Source of the DNA: Eremomyces bilateralis CBS 781.70
Lineage: Eukaryota
Direction: 5' to 3' (one strand)
Assembly: GCA_010015585.1 (NCBI GenBank)
Contig: ML975166.1
Length of the DNA stretch: 47,984 nucleotides
Shown here one piece after another: positions 12,206 to 24,798 of this stretch. Numbering within the stretch: the first letter of the stretch is position 1; the number at the start of each line of letters is the position of its first letter. The notes under the pieces are model-generated. The model had not been told where the DNA came from. It ran no database searches and saw nothing but the letters and a program-made list of their open reading frames with translations. A program made the position numbers and the translations under genes.

Positions 12206-15099
12206 TCAAATCTCTCTCACGAAACCAACCTCGACAAGCTTCCCAATCGGGATCTGCATCCTCGCGATCTTCTCTCTTGTATTCTCCCTAACCCATACGA
12301 AGAGGCCCAGCAACAGCCTCTTACAAATATTGTTCCTCTTTGGTAGGACATGCAACTGCTCTTTTCCGACGATATAAATCACCTGCTTCTCAAAAGAGTC
12401 ATCCAACATCGTCAACCGTCTCGCGGTCGGGATATCAATCCCATTAAAGATACCCGCATGATAGTCATGGTCAGCCGCCGCAGGGGTTTCTGCAGTAGGA
12501 CTCGACAATGTAAACTGTTGTACCACGATGGAGGCACCCTCGGAGAGGGGGGGCGCAGGAGCAGTGGGAATGATGGCCCGGCGGAGGGCAGAGTAGACGT
12601 GCGATCCTAGATGTGGGTGGATGACCTGGTCTTTATAGCCGTATCGGATGATAACGCGGTAGGTGTTCTTGAATTGGGTGCGGGTGACGGTGTATTGATC
12701 TTCCCTTACCTGCCCCGTGGATATTAACTTAGTTTCATCGACTTCAAAACGACCGACTCGTCAGGACTTACGTAAGGAACATGCAAAGCGCGCAGATGCA
12801 TGAACACACAGACTTCAGGCTGCGCTTCAAATTTGCGGAGGAACTCCTCGTAAACAGCTGGAACACGATCTCCTGTCTTGTCGAAGAAAATGCCCATCCC
12901 TATTGTCAGGTCAGTCAGCAGCAGATCACGCGCCACCAGGGAGATTTTCTAACCTCTGAAATACCCAATCTCAGCTCCGCCCCACTCATCCGTGAACTTA
13001 AGCTCCGAATCCATGTCTTTCGTGAGCATGTCCTTGAGATTTGGCAGGTTTTTCCTTCTGCTGTCCATTGCCTTTCCTTGCCGTAGCGCCAAACTATGAA
13101 GAAGGACGCCATGATAATAGCGAGCATGAGGGTAAACCAAGCTCCTCGAGGGATCTTGGTAACAGCAGTCGAGAGGTATAGACCATCGTGGGTAACTATC
13201 GGCAGCCATACGATGAACACGAGCAGACTATGCAGTTGCCATACGATCAGGGCAACAAGGGATACCATCCATGTGTCAATAAAAGTTACCACAATGACAC
13301 AAAACCTGTACGCATGGCCTAAACTCGTAGTCTGGAGACGTTATTATCTGAGGGGCCCGTTCAGGTCGAAAGGGGCGGGACGTAAAATGGATGGGAACGA
13401 ATTGGTACTTACATTGTTGAACACAGCAGTGACAAGCACAGTCCCACACATCATAATCCAGTTAGCAGTAGGTATGTAAACTTGCCCATGGAACCGATCC
13501 GAAGTGTACCTCACCGAAATATGAGGGAAGTAAGATGTGTTCATAAGCTGCGAAAGCAATTGGAACGTACTTGTGATTAACGCCTGACTGGCGACAACTG
13601 CGGCAAGGATGGACGCAATGAGGGCAGGATAGAACATTCCCGGAGGAACCGAGTTGAAGAATGGGTTCGAATACGCTGCCGGGTGGACCGAGATATATGC
13701 AGCCTGCCCGATATAGGCCAGGAGGAGGCATGGATAGGCAAATCCAAGCCATGAAATTTGAATGGCTCTGATTTAGGAGTCAGCGGGGCAATATAAACCG
13801 TTACGCTTCCTGGCATACCGTTGAGAGAATGCTCCCATATCTGCAAACATTGCTTCCACTCCAGTGAAGGAGAGAAGAATGCCTCCAAGGAACATCCAAC
13901 CGTCTGTCTTGTTTCGCATGAGGTAGTTGCCGGCGAAATATGGAGAGAACGCTTTCAAGACGGAGTGATCGTAATGAGTAAGGTTCTGACAACGTCTTAG
14001 TCCCGGATCAGTTAAAGGACGAAGGGAAACATACATAGATACCGAATGACATGTTGAATGTAAGCCAGATGATCACAATTGGGGCGAAAGTACTGGCAAG
14101 ACGATGTATACCCAACGGCTGTAGAAGAAAGAGGAGGATGAGGATAGCGCATGACGCCCCGATGATGGTGCTAGTGGATATGTCTTCATTGACAACTCGG
14201 AGACCTTATAAAAGCTTTAGTGTGGCTCTAAGGGTGTCTATAAATTCATTAACTGACCTTGTATTGCACCAAGAACGGATTGTGCTGGTGTGAGAATACT
14301 ATCTGCCAGGATCATACTGACGCCCAAGACTGCCAGGACTTTGAGGAGAATCTTCATAATCCATTCACGTTCAATGAAGCTGCGAACCGCTCGATTCGTA
14401 GACTTCATCTCGGCATCTCCATACCTTTCGAATGTGAATTGGGATTTTCTTCTTGGATCGTGGTTGGTAATATGACTCTGAACAAGGGGCGATTAGATAC
14501 TGATGACTGAGTAAAGAGATGGAGTGCCATACATAGCGGGTTAGGAGATTATACATGGCAAAGGAACCGCCTTCTCCTTCATTGTCGGCGGAAAGGATGA
14601 TCAGCACGTATTTGATCGTAACCATGATAGTGACTGAGTAAATAATTAGAGACAACGCTCCAACGAGATCCTCATGAGAGGGTTCGCTTGTGAAGGTGGA
14701 CGAGTAGACGTAGAGAGGAGATGTTCCAATGTCTCCATAGATAACACCTGTGGATTGGTATGCAAGCCTACATGGTTGACGCTAATACTGTGGGAGATCG
14801 ATTAGCTGCGAGGAACGAAACGCATACCACATTAGGACCCATCCTTTGAAAGTCTAGCACTGGTTAGTTTCTAAGAGCCATTTACCAACTTGAAAGGGAT
14901 TGGCCTGTTTCTTCCTAAAGTCACGACTGTCAGGCGTAGCTGTATCGTCACTGAATGTGGACTCGAGATCCGGTTCCCTCTGCAAGGTACGATTTCTGAT
15001 CTTAGAATCCCGAATGGGATCACTGGTGGATGAAATGCCAGTCGCTGGCCTGTCCACAGGATTGATCTGATCTGCTTGGGCATCATGGTTCTTCTCCAT
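12206..15099 (-). pseudogene. hak1: HAK/KUP/KT high-affinity potassium transporter, 10 exons, frameshifted as given
   Basis: Motifs GVIYGDIGTSPLYVYSSTF, DNEGEGGSFAMY, LTPAQSVLGAIQG, GVEAMFADMGAFS, QVYIPTANW, VEVGFVREI. Introns at 14854-14904, 14768-14827, 14478-14532, 14205-14257, 13986-14034, 13768-13818, 13332-13412, 12900-12953, 12710-12771. One-base frameshift at 13049-13053. Family is certain; pseudogene status is less so. Confidence 0.8.
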
Positions 15100-16660
15100 G
15101 GCGGGGAAATCAATTCGGGCCACAACGATCGGGTAGGACAAGACCAGATAAGACCAAATGCTAGGGGGAAACAGTTGGATTTATTAGGAAAAGAAACAAT
15201 GAAGAGACAATGAGAAGACAATGAGGTCAATTTGAATGGCGGGAGTAGACTGATATACTAGTTCTGGAATGAATAACATTGAAAGGGGTTACCACTAAAG
15301 ATGGAGGGGTTATGACCTCCCAGTGCGCTTCACTCGACCCTCATCGTGACCGTCCATCAACTGAATCCCCAATCTCTTGAGAGAGATATCCTATTTACCC
15401 ACCATCCCTAGCCCATAAGTGATTATTGACGAGTGTTATTCCGCAACAGTAGTAGGAAGGGTGCCTATCCCAAGGTTGGACGCACCAAGTTGGACGTACC
15501 AGGTCAGACGCTTATCGTGCTGAGATGCCCCCATGAACCAAAAATCGCGCATATAAACTTACGGCCTGAAGTTCTGGACGGAGGCAGTGCATCGTACAAA
15601 TGTGGTCATATTGCATGCAGGATGCAACGGTTTGGTCTATCCAGCGATCATGAGGTTCATGAGCCGCCGAAGGCTAGACCATCCTGCCGACTAGCCAAGT
15701 CGGCGAGCGGAAATGCAATGGTAGAAACTGTGTTGATGACGATGGGCCCACCAGTGCAATGGTCTGATAAAAAGAAAAAGGCAAGGGATGAGGAAACAAT
15801 TCCGGGAGCCATAGTTCCATGCATATGCAGGCGGCCACTGGACCGGGGAAGCTGTCTCGGAGCTTATACAAGACGATGTGATAGAGAGACATTTCTGTGA
15901 CATGACATCAGTTTAGGCGTAATGATTAACCTTTGCACGGGCACATTCGCACGTTATCGGTATGCAATATGCATATAAGGGGGCAGTGTTGATGGTAATA
16001 TAAAGTCGACCATCAGGGAAATGGTTCGAGGCTGGATTGGTTGGTGATGAAAAATCGCGCATTCCACGCGGGATGGTCTGGTTGACAACTCAACCCGGAC
16101 TGATTGAGTTTGCCGAACCGCTTGGGCAGGATCCTGCTTCAACTTTTCCAGCTAGTTTGAGCTGGGTGATAGGAATAATTGCAATCCCGGGTTGACCCAA
16201 GTGGCGCAAAAATTCGCGTAGTGCAGACGCGTCGAGACTCGAGCAAGACAGGATTCCGAAAAACGAAACGTGAAGACGTTGATATGCAAGCCCCACATGC
16301 ACCAGACTCCAACAGACTTCCCTATTTTAGTGAGTATTCCAATTAGTGCCTTTCCAACGATAGGCAAGGGGACGAGAAGCAAGTAATAGAACGTCAACTA
16401 TCCGAGCGGAGGGTAGAAGTCGGATATACTGTCCTGTTCAGGTGTGACAATGCCTGGGACTTGAAAGCAGTTCCTATTCTATTTAATGGTCCAATTGCCC
16501 TAATGAAGACATGAAGATTGGAAATAATGGCAATAATAAAGTTAATCAGTGTACGATGCGCTTGGAGAGCTGGAGAGTCGGGGTCTTCGGTGGTTGGTGG
16601 TTAGTAGGTTGAATGCGCGACATAATGAAGTGAAGCGAAAGGACCCCTGTCCACAATTTC

Positions 16661-16673
16661 ATGACTCAGTCAT
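16661..16673. promoter_or_regulatory. Gcn4/CpcA (AP-1) element TGACTCA within the palindrome ATGACTCAGTCAT
   Basis: Exact TGACTCA at 16662-16668, ~150 bp upstream of the GCN3 ATG. Confidence 0.45.
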
Positions 16674-16812
16674 CCTGATAATCGAACTTCAATCTTATGG
16701 ATGAAATGTCCCTGTAGCAATTCATTCAATCCACCAAATACAATCCAGACAACCACCACCCTTGACAGGAGAAACACACCCTCAACATAAGCGTCCTTGA
16801 ACATTACCCACC

Positions 16813-17973
16813 ATGACCTCAACTACCCCCACCCAGCCCTCCCCCCTCCACAACTCTCGCTCCCCCTCCGAACCTTTCGATATCGTCACTACCTACCACC
16901 ACCTCCTCTCCGCCGACCCGGACCTCACCATGCCCGTCGCGGCCATTGAATCCCTCGTCCTCGCCCTTAGCTCCACCCCCACGCTCACCATCTCTGAAAC
17001 TCTCGCCCTCCTCTCCACGCACGTCGCCACCCTCAAATCCGCTATCCCTAACCCCATCTCCCTCTCCGCCGGCACCGACCTCTTCCAACGCTACCTCATC
17101 TCCTCCCTCCAGCGCCCCTCCTCCCCCGACGGCGACTTCGAGTCCGTCCGCCGCCACCTCCTCACCAACGGCCGCCTGTTCGTCGAGCGCGCGAAGCAGG
17201 CGCGGGAGGAGATCGCGAACTTCGGGCGGCACTTCGTGCGCGACGGGAAGACCGTGCTGACGAACGGGGGGAGCCGCGTCGTGGGATCGCTGCTGCAGAG
17301 CGCCGCGGAGGCGAGCGCAGGGTCAGTGCGGTTCCGGGTGATCTACGTGCTGGACAGCGATAATCTGCATGCGTGCACCGCGGCGGAGCACGAGCATCGT
17401 GGTCGGGCGAAGCGGCTAGAGGCGGAGGGGACGGCGACGGTGGCGGGGTTGAGGAAGCGGGGGGTGCCCGTGGCGACGATACCGAGTAGTGCGGTTGGGT
17501 ATGCGATGGGGGAGGTGGATATGGTGATTGTGGGGGCGGAAGGGGTGGTAGAGAATGGGGGGATCATTAGCCGACTGGGGACATATCAGATGGGATTGCT
17601 GGCGAAGAGCGCGGGGAAGCCGTTCTACGTAGTGGCGGAGAGTCACAAGTTCGTCCGGTTGTATCCCTTGAGTCAATTCGACCTGCCGATTGAGCAAGAC
17701 GTGTTGCGGTTCGTGGCGGATGAGACGAGTGGGAAGTCCGGGAAGGGAGTCGAATTTACCGACGAGGCGATTGATGTGGAGGATGGGAAGGCCATGAAGA
17801 AGAACTCAATCGCCGATTCGGTGGATTTCACGGTACGTTGCGGATCGGATGAAGTTTATGACCGGGTTTACTGACTACTATAGCCTCCGAATCTGATATC
17901 CGGTATCATCACGGAAGGCGGCGTACTGACACCAAGCGCTGTGAGCGAAGAACTAATAAAGATTTGGTTCTGA
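16813..17973 (+). CDS. GCN3: Translation initiation factor eIF2B alpha subunit
   Basis: MPVAAIESL, SLSAGTDLF, VIVGAEGVVENGGIIS, FYVVAESHKFVRLYPL. Intron 17833-17883 gives the terminal exon PPNLISGIITEGGVLTPSAVSEELIKIWF*. Confidence 0.95.
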
Positions 17974-18332
17974 AACCTTCCATTAAAACTCCAGATCGCG
18001 GTATGAGCGGCGCGTTCCTGGTCATGATACCCATAACTAAAACAATGAATAGATATTGAAATGACTGATAACGCTTTGCTTGGATGAAAATTTCCACCCA
18101 TGACCTTCGCGCGCCCTGTGTATATCCGGCAGTGACGGTGTTTACCCAGAGTGTAGACCATCTATTTCTATGCGCCATTAAGCCAATATGAATTCGAAAT
18201 CGACTGGACGCCAGCCAACACCGGCGCTCAATCGCGATGGTCCACATTAATCGAGGATCGTGTATGCATGATTCGTAATGCATAATCGGTTCCCTTGGTT
18301 TCGAAAGTCAAACGCCCTCCATGACCGTCCCA

Positions 18333-19986
18333 TTAGGACGCACCGGTCCGTCCCATCTCCTGAATCTCCCGATCTACCGCCGCCAATTCCCGCCGAATTT
18401 GCTCTCGCTTCCATTCCAACTCCTGCACGCGAGCGGCGGTCGCCGTCCGCTCACTGTACCCGGCCCCACCAGGGTGTGTCGACAACGCCGGATCGATGGC
18501 GGTGTCCATGCTCGAAGGATGTTCCGCGTTCAACAAACTGGCAATCGAGTTATTCGAAGGACGCGACTCGGCGGCTCGCCCGGAAGTTGCGCCCTCGATC
18601 TCGGAGATCCGGCGCTTCTGCGGTACGGTTTCGGCGCGTCGACTGTCACGAGACGGGGAGCGACCACCGCTATGTCGGGACGGTAGGACGATGCTCGGTG
18701 TCGGGCGATAGTTCGTGAAGTCGGCCGGAGGTGGCGCATAAGGGTGAGCATAAGGTTCCTCGGCACCATCGAGGACCGAATCTGGGGGGCTCGGATGAGA
18801 CTCGCTTGGGGAGCCGGCGCCGTAGGCATCCGATCGAGCGATTGAAGGTGGTGCGTGGTGGGTTTCCGGATATCGTTGCGGGTCGGGGGAGACGGAGGAC
18901 TTGGGGCTCGATGAGGGGTATTGATGGGACGTAGCTTGTCCTGGAAGGGCAATGACGCGTTTTCGTCGTTTGATTTCTTGCTTTTTCATTGCGGACGGGC
19001 GGTGTCGGCCATGCAGCTTGTAGTATAAGCCTGGTCAGGTTAGTCTAGCTCGAATAGGCATGAGTTTAATACTGAACATACCGCAGGCATTGCAGATAGT
19101 GTTTCCACTTTCATCTCGGCGCCACAGGGGAGTGACTGACGTCCCACAGTTCTGGCATGCAGGCATGAGTTCGGCTCGAGGGGTCTGCTGTGCAGTCGTG
19201 CCCGCGTCCGTGGATGGCTTTGGACTGTTGCCCTGCACAATGGAGACCTGTGTCGTCTTCGAGACACGATTGTTGAAAGCCGGACATCCGTTGCAGGCAC
19301 GCTGGCCTCCAGTTCCGTTGCAGCGCCCTCCCCCCGGACAAGTTCCTGATGTGATCGAGTCGGCCGCAACGTAGGTCGATCCATCGCTTCCAGCGTACGC
19401 TGTCGGCGCTGGAGGGGACGCCTGTCCGCCTTCGGTGGGCTGCGGGGACAAGGCCGTCTGCTGTGCGCCTTTCCTTAGATTCGTCGGTCGAGACTGGTTT
19501 CGCGCTTTGAGATAAAGGCCGCATGCGTTGCATATGGTCTCGCCGGTGGGTGATCTTCGCCACAGTGGCGTGCGATTCGTTCCGCAGTTGCTGGTCATGT
19601 CAGTTCCATTATCGTTGAGCGACTGGGTGCACATCATACCTGCAGGTCTGTCCAGATACGGGGGCTGCTGGGGGTAGATTGCCCTGTAGAGGATAGTTTT
19701 GCGGATCGAGTAGGGTTGTGGAGCTGGGAGAATGTCCCGCGGACGGTGCCGGGCTATACGGGCTCGTTGAAGAAGTCATCGGCGCGGGTTGGTTTCTCTC
19801 CAGCGATTGTTCTCTTGGATGTCTGAATTGCGCAAGAGTGGTATCGTGTGGTCGATTGAGGAGCTCCAGAACCCCGGCGGTCTCTAGATCCTCGCGTGAC
19901 GGTTCTCTTCCGAACGGCCCTGAGGAGGAGTATAGGGAAGGCGAACTTCGACTTATGGCAGCAGTCGGACCTGAGAAGGATGGCAT
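18333..19986 (-). CDS. sreA: Iron-responsive GATA repressor of siderophore biosynthesis (SreA/Sre1/Urbs1/Fep1 family), 3 exons
   Basis: Two GATA fingers ([14 protein letters not shown]...[21 protein letters not shown]...CNACGLY) flank the Cys-rich [18 protein letters not shown] motif. C-terminal coiled coil. Introns 19591-19639 and 19031-19081. Start codon inferred. Confidence 0.95.
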
Positions 19987-20094
19987 GACGCTGCTGAGAA
20001 TGTGAGCATGACCCAGTCCAAAAGAGTTGTGATGACGAACAGTTTGAGAGAGGGTGGGAGGAGTGTTGGGTAGGGCGCAAGTGGCGGATAGTCG

Positions 20095-20108
20095 ATCAGA
20101 TAACCAAT
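20095..20108 (+). promoter_or_regulatory. SreA-type extended GATA site ATCAGATAA directly abutting CCAAT
   Basis: ATCAGATAA (consensus ATCWGATAA) at 20095-20103 and CCAAT at 20104-20108, ~110 bp upstream of the sreA ATG. Confidence 0.5.
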
Positions 20109-21108
20109 AGCCCAAGCGTGTGGTGTGGCAGATTCTCTTGCGAATCAAGGAGTGGTAATCCAACGTGCTACCGACCACATATGGCGGACATGCCCTTCTT
20201 CACCCCTAGTACCTGGCTGCCACAACTTCACCATGTACCGGTCGTCCTTGCACACACAGGCGGATCCGTTTCAAGTGGCAAGACGCTTGGAACGCGGTGA
20301 ACAAAGCCTGAGCAGTTGGACTCTGGAGTCGACATGCGAATGCGGAGAGGTGAAGGCGCAGATTACGCGGAGGATGTCGTCGACACCGAGTGATTACAAC
20401 CGCTTGGCTATTATTGGCCCGTTCGTTCAATGAATTATGGGCCCGCGATCTCGGTTATTCAGGGATCATTATTGCACGTGACCCATCATAATTCCGAGTT
20501 TTCGGTCCTGACTCCCTGCCCGATCGCTTGGCACTGCCGCATCGGACTTGGGGATAATCACATGACTTCCCTGGGCCCGATCACGTGTATAGAAAAAGAT
20601 ATCGCATGCACGAGCTACGAATGGATGGAGGTAAGGAGTTGCTTTGGACAGGTAAACTGAGTAAGTAGGCGTAGTAGGGCGATATTCAAATTGGAGTGCA
20701 GCCCTTGTCCAAACTCCAACCTGCAGTACCGGGTGTAGTACCGGGCACAGCCTGGGATTTCTCTGGCCGGCACAAAGACATAAGCCTGGCATCGATAAAC
20801 AGCATAGAGCATAAGAACCTGTAGAGGACAAAGAATCAACCCATTGGTATTCATGTTTAGTTATACAGTGCCAACCACACCAACGCTCTCGCGACACATA
20901 CTCAACCCATCCGATAGCCATCCCAAAGGAAACATTAGATTATAAACAAGGGGCTCGAATCGCAGGAAGAGCAATTCATGGGACGATTCCTTGCAAACCC
21001 ATCCTGCCATTTCTGCGACATGAAACCGGCCATCATCTCATCGGCAACCATCACGGTTTTGACGTTGTGAAGTCGCCTGAAAAGGCGTTTTGCTGTCGTT
21101 CTCGTCGT

Positions 21109-21800
21109 TTACACCTGCTCCGCGCCCCAGCCAACATCGGCGTCCCTGTGCTGCATATCAGTCCCCACTGCTAACCGAACCCAACAACGCAACCTTACCT
21201 CATATTCGCCGGCGGCTCAATGCTGGGGATGAACTCGAGGACCACGTATCCAATGCCAATGATCCCGACAATCGTCCCGGCCACGTATTTCGTCCAATGG
21301 TCGCCGACGACGATGGAGCCGACGAAGATGTAGAAGATGCCACGGCCGATGAAGGAGAGCATGAACGACGCATAGCGGGCGATTTGCGGCGGTATTTGAA
21401 ACTCTTTGGCGCGGGTTAGTCGATGCGGCGCAGTGGTGATGGAGAGCAGCCTTACCAAGGAATGCGGTGCCTGTAGGAAATGCGCATTAGCATATGGATG
21501 AGGATTTCCCAGCGGTCTATCGAGTGCTTACCCAAACCAAAGATGATCACGTATGCTCCGACAATGAAGCTCTGTCTATTCCCCGTGTCAACTTCCGCAC
21601 GCCTCGTACGTGAGCGGGATGCCGCGACCTACATCGAAGTCTCGACAAAGAACTGCCCGATGCCTCCTAGCACTATGAACACCCCGACCGCCAAGTTGAC
21701 GATTCGACTGAGACATGTTAGCTCGTGCGACGGGAGGTCGCATTGGAGATGGCAGCATCGGGGGAGCCTGGCAAACGCACAAAATGTCTGAGAAGTCCAT
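21109..21800 (-). CDS. TVP15: Golgi membrane protein Tvp15 / COPI-associated family, 6 exons
   Basis: Spliced product MDFSDIFRIVNLAVGVFIVLGGIGQFF...EFQIPPQIARYASFMLSFIGRGIFYIFVG...LEFIPSIEPPANMRDADVGWGAEQV*. Five canonical introns, including those flanking a 15-nt micro-exon (21456-21470). Confidence 0.9.
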
Positions 21801-22215
21801 GACGGTCGATGGGAGAGTTCCACGGTTCCGTTGACGGTAACGACGTATTCTACGGTCGCCGGAAGAGGGAGGATGCAGAAAGGAAGGGATATGTGGCAGA
21901 TAAATAGATGGCGAAGTGGTTGTTGTCGGACTAAGCTTCCTTTTGATGACGGCAACCTGCCAAAGTGCCAAAGCTGCACTGCCTGGCGCAGCGTGGTTCC
22001 AGGGGGCAGGGGGTCGGTTTCGGGCTTTCGGCAAATCTGATGTTGCGGGCGCCTCATCTCCGATGTCTCCCCAACCCCTGACAGCTGACGCCATCACGCA
22101 GTTTCGCGTCTCACTCGCATGCGCTCCATCATCGAGATCTCTCCAATACTTGTAGACACTAGAATTCTTTATGTACTATATAATTACATGATGGTTCTTG
22201 ACGCGCCGGAACGAC

Positions 22216-23467
22216 TTATAACTTCGCGCGAGTGTTCTGGATGCTGTCCACCAACCGCTCCACCTCCAACGCTGAACCATACGATGACTGATATCCATAC
22301 CCTCCATGGCCATAGCAATGAACCACCCATTTCCCATCAAACCGCTCTTTCTCCACGCGTGGACCGCCTTCGCGCAAGGGACGGAGACCGACGCCGTGTC
22401 GGATGATGCTCAACGCCTCGATGCCTTTCCCGTTCGTCAAGCTCGGACAGAGCGCCACGGCGCGCTTCATGATGCGGATCGCCAGGTTGGGATCCGGCTG
22501 CGATTCCCAGCTGTGTTTCTGGAAGCATCCTCCGAGGATCGTACCGCCGCCTAGTTCATGTCAGCGATTGGATGGCGCCGTTCGGGGCGAATATACTCAC
22601 CGGCTGCTCGCTCCATGATGTATGTAACTTCATCTCCGCCGTCATCGGTTCCGCTGATGCTGGGCATCACGCCGGCTTCATTGCGTACCACGACGATCTG
22701 CCCGCGGCCAGGGAATAGTTTGGTATCCATGACACCGCCCAGCTTCAGTGACGATAGTCCCGTACAGTTGATGGCGATATCGGCTTGCTTTCCCGTGTGA
22801 TGCATGCCATAGACCTCGGACAGATGCGAGACGACGGCTCGCTTGAACACAACCCCGTTCTTCAAGCACTGCGAGACGAGCCATGGGAGGTACACGGCCG
22901 AGTTGATGCAGACCGACGTGAAGCCCTTCCCGGAGTCGACGCCTTCGGGAAGCTCGCTCGGAGACAACACCCTGAAGTCGGGCACCAGGTTCTGGTACCA
23001 CGGGTTTTCTTTCATGAGGCTGCTGAACCACTCACCGGTCGGACTGCCGGCATCTTTGGCTCGGTTGTACAGCTTCACCGGCTGATAATGGATTGCTGCA
23101 TCCGGGACGTCGTTGACTAGACGTTGCAACTCCGGCCATGTCTCTCGTTCCAGTTGAGCAAGTAGGGTACCTTCCGCCCCATACCTGCTTGTATGTCAGA
23201 CGGTGTTCCAAGAGCCATTGGAAGGGTATGTTGGATTTACGGTAGAAAGTTTGCTCCTGCCCAGGGACTCGCGTATTCAACGTCATAGTCGCCTGGCATA
23301 TGCTTCGCTAATACAGTCACGGATGTCCCTCGTTTGGCGGACAGATTTAGGGCACACGTCAGCCCGATGACACCGGCCCTTGAGTCGATTAGCATTCTAC
23401 GATGGAAAAGGAGGTGCATGGTGGTTTACCCAAGTACGCAGATGTTCATCTCAACATTGTTGGCCAT
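22216..23467 (-). CDS. DAO: D-amino-acid oxidase with peroxisomal PTS1 (-AKL), 4 exons
   Basis: FAD-binding VLGAGVIGL, YASPWAGAN, RGQIVVV, VGLRPLR, HCYGHGGYGYQSSYG; ends RAKL*. Introns 23379-23429, 23185-23240, 22551-22600. Confidence 0.95.
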
Positions 23468-24798
23468 TGTGAGTAACCAACTAGGCCAAATGGTCTTCTG
23501 GGGGTGTCGTTTCGTAGCCTTGACGAAGTAGAGATACAATTGTAAATCGCTTATGAGTAACAATATGACTCCCTCTCTGGATTGAAGATGAATTGGAAAT
23601 AGGACAGACTTATTAAATACTCATTAACTGCCTTATCGTAAGATCGTTCACAAAAGTTTGCGGAGTCTCCATCGGATCCACCCGCCACCACATCACAATT
23701 CCGATCACCCATTTCGGTGATGGTGAGGGGCAATGCAGGATTCAGGGATGCAGCTCTTATCGATAACGATTAAGCCAGCCAAACGCCAAACCACGTGATG
23801 TGTGGTAGATTCTCCAGAAAAGCGGGTCGGGACACGAATCCAAACGGAGCCCCTGACTGGCACTGATTGTACTGAATCTAGAAATATTGTGAACTACTTG
23901 TCTCTCTCCAACCTTAACTTTATAGAGCACATTATAATACTCCGTACCACCACAGCGACATCCACTGCCCATCTGCCATTACCACCAGCAACTGGTGCGC
24001 TACCGCTTGCCCAACACGGCAAACCTTAACCGTTTACATCCCCAATAACCAGCTTACCTCATCCACGATTGTGGGCGCTAGATCCCTAATCTAGCGCCAA
24101 CGTTCGAATCGATAATGCGGTCCAAACAATAACTTAATATAGCTTCCAGTTTGAGGTAGTCTCCTTAAGCCCATTTATCCTCCGCCATCATGCCGAAAGA
24201 TAATGAAGCTATTGAATCTAGAATCCAGAGAGCCCACCAATCAATCCCTCATGGCCAAATTCCCAATTTCAAGGCGTTGGAGCGTGAATTTGACGTACCA
24301 TACCAACGAGGACGAGGAATGAAGGGGAGGTGATGGGAGCAGCAGGATGGGCAATCCTGTTTGCCGGGAGTTCGATCTGTTTTTCATGAAGCACATCCAT
24401 GGAGGCTCTTAGTCTCGTTTATAGCGAGTGGCACTATCCCTTCGAGGTACACAAGAGTCGTCGTTGCGGGTTTGGATATGGATTTCTAAGGGACGGTGTT
24501 CGGTGTTAGTCACTAAAACCAAGTCTCGTTTCCGTCCTCGCACATCTTTCTGAAGCCGTGTATCATTTTCCTGTGGGAACCCCTGTGCTAAGGTACGCTT
24601 CATTAGTATAACTTCTTGCCTCCCACCTCATCGACAAGATCCGAGAGATGATATCAGTGTGTCTTTACGAAACTCCGAAATCCCTGACGTAGAATGTTGG
24701 ATGATTTGTCTTAAATGTTGTACATTTGTGAAGCAAGATGCCAGGATATTACCAAACTCCAATGCTTCCGAGGGTGTATGAACGTACATGACCTCATC

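Noticed and set aside
12540..12560. Suspected second frameshift in the HAK gene at the G7 run
   Set aside because: Seven G keep the frame (TAPAPPLSEGASIVVQQF).
24360..24380. GTTCGA B-box-like hits (also ~16023, ~27919, ~34804) as tRNA genes
   Set aside because: No cloverleaf or acceptor stem can be formed around them.
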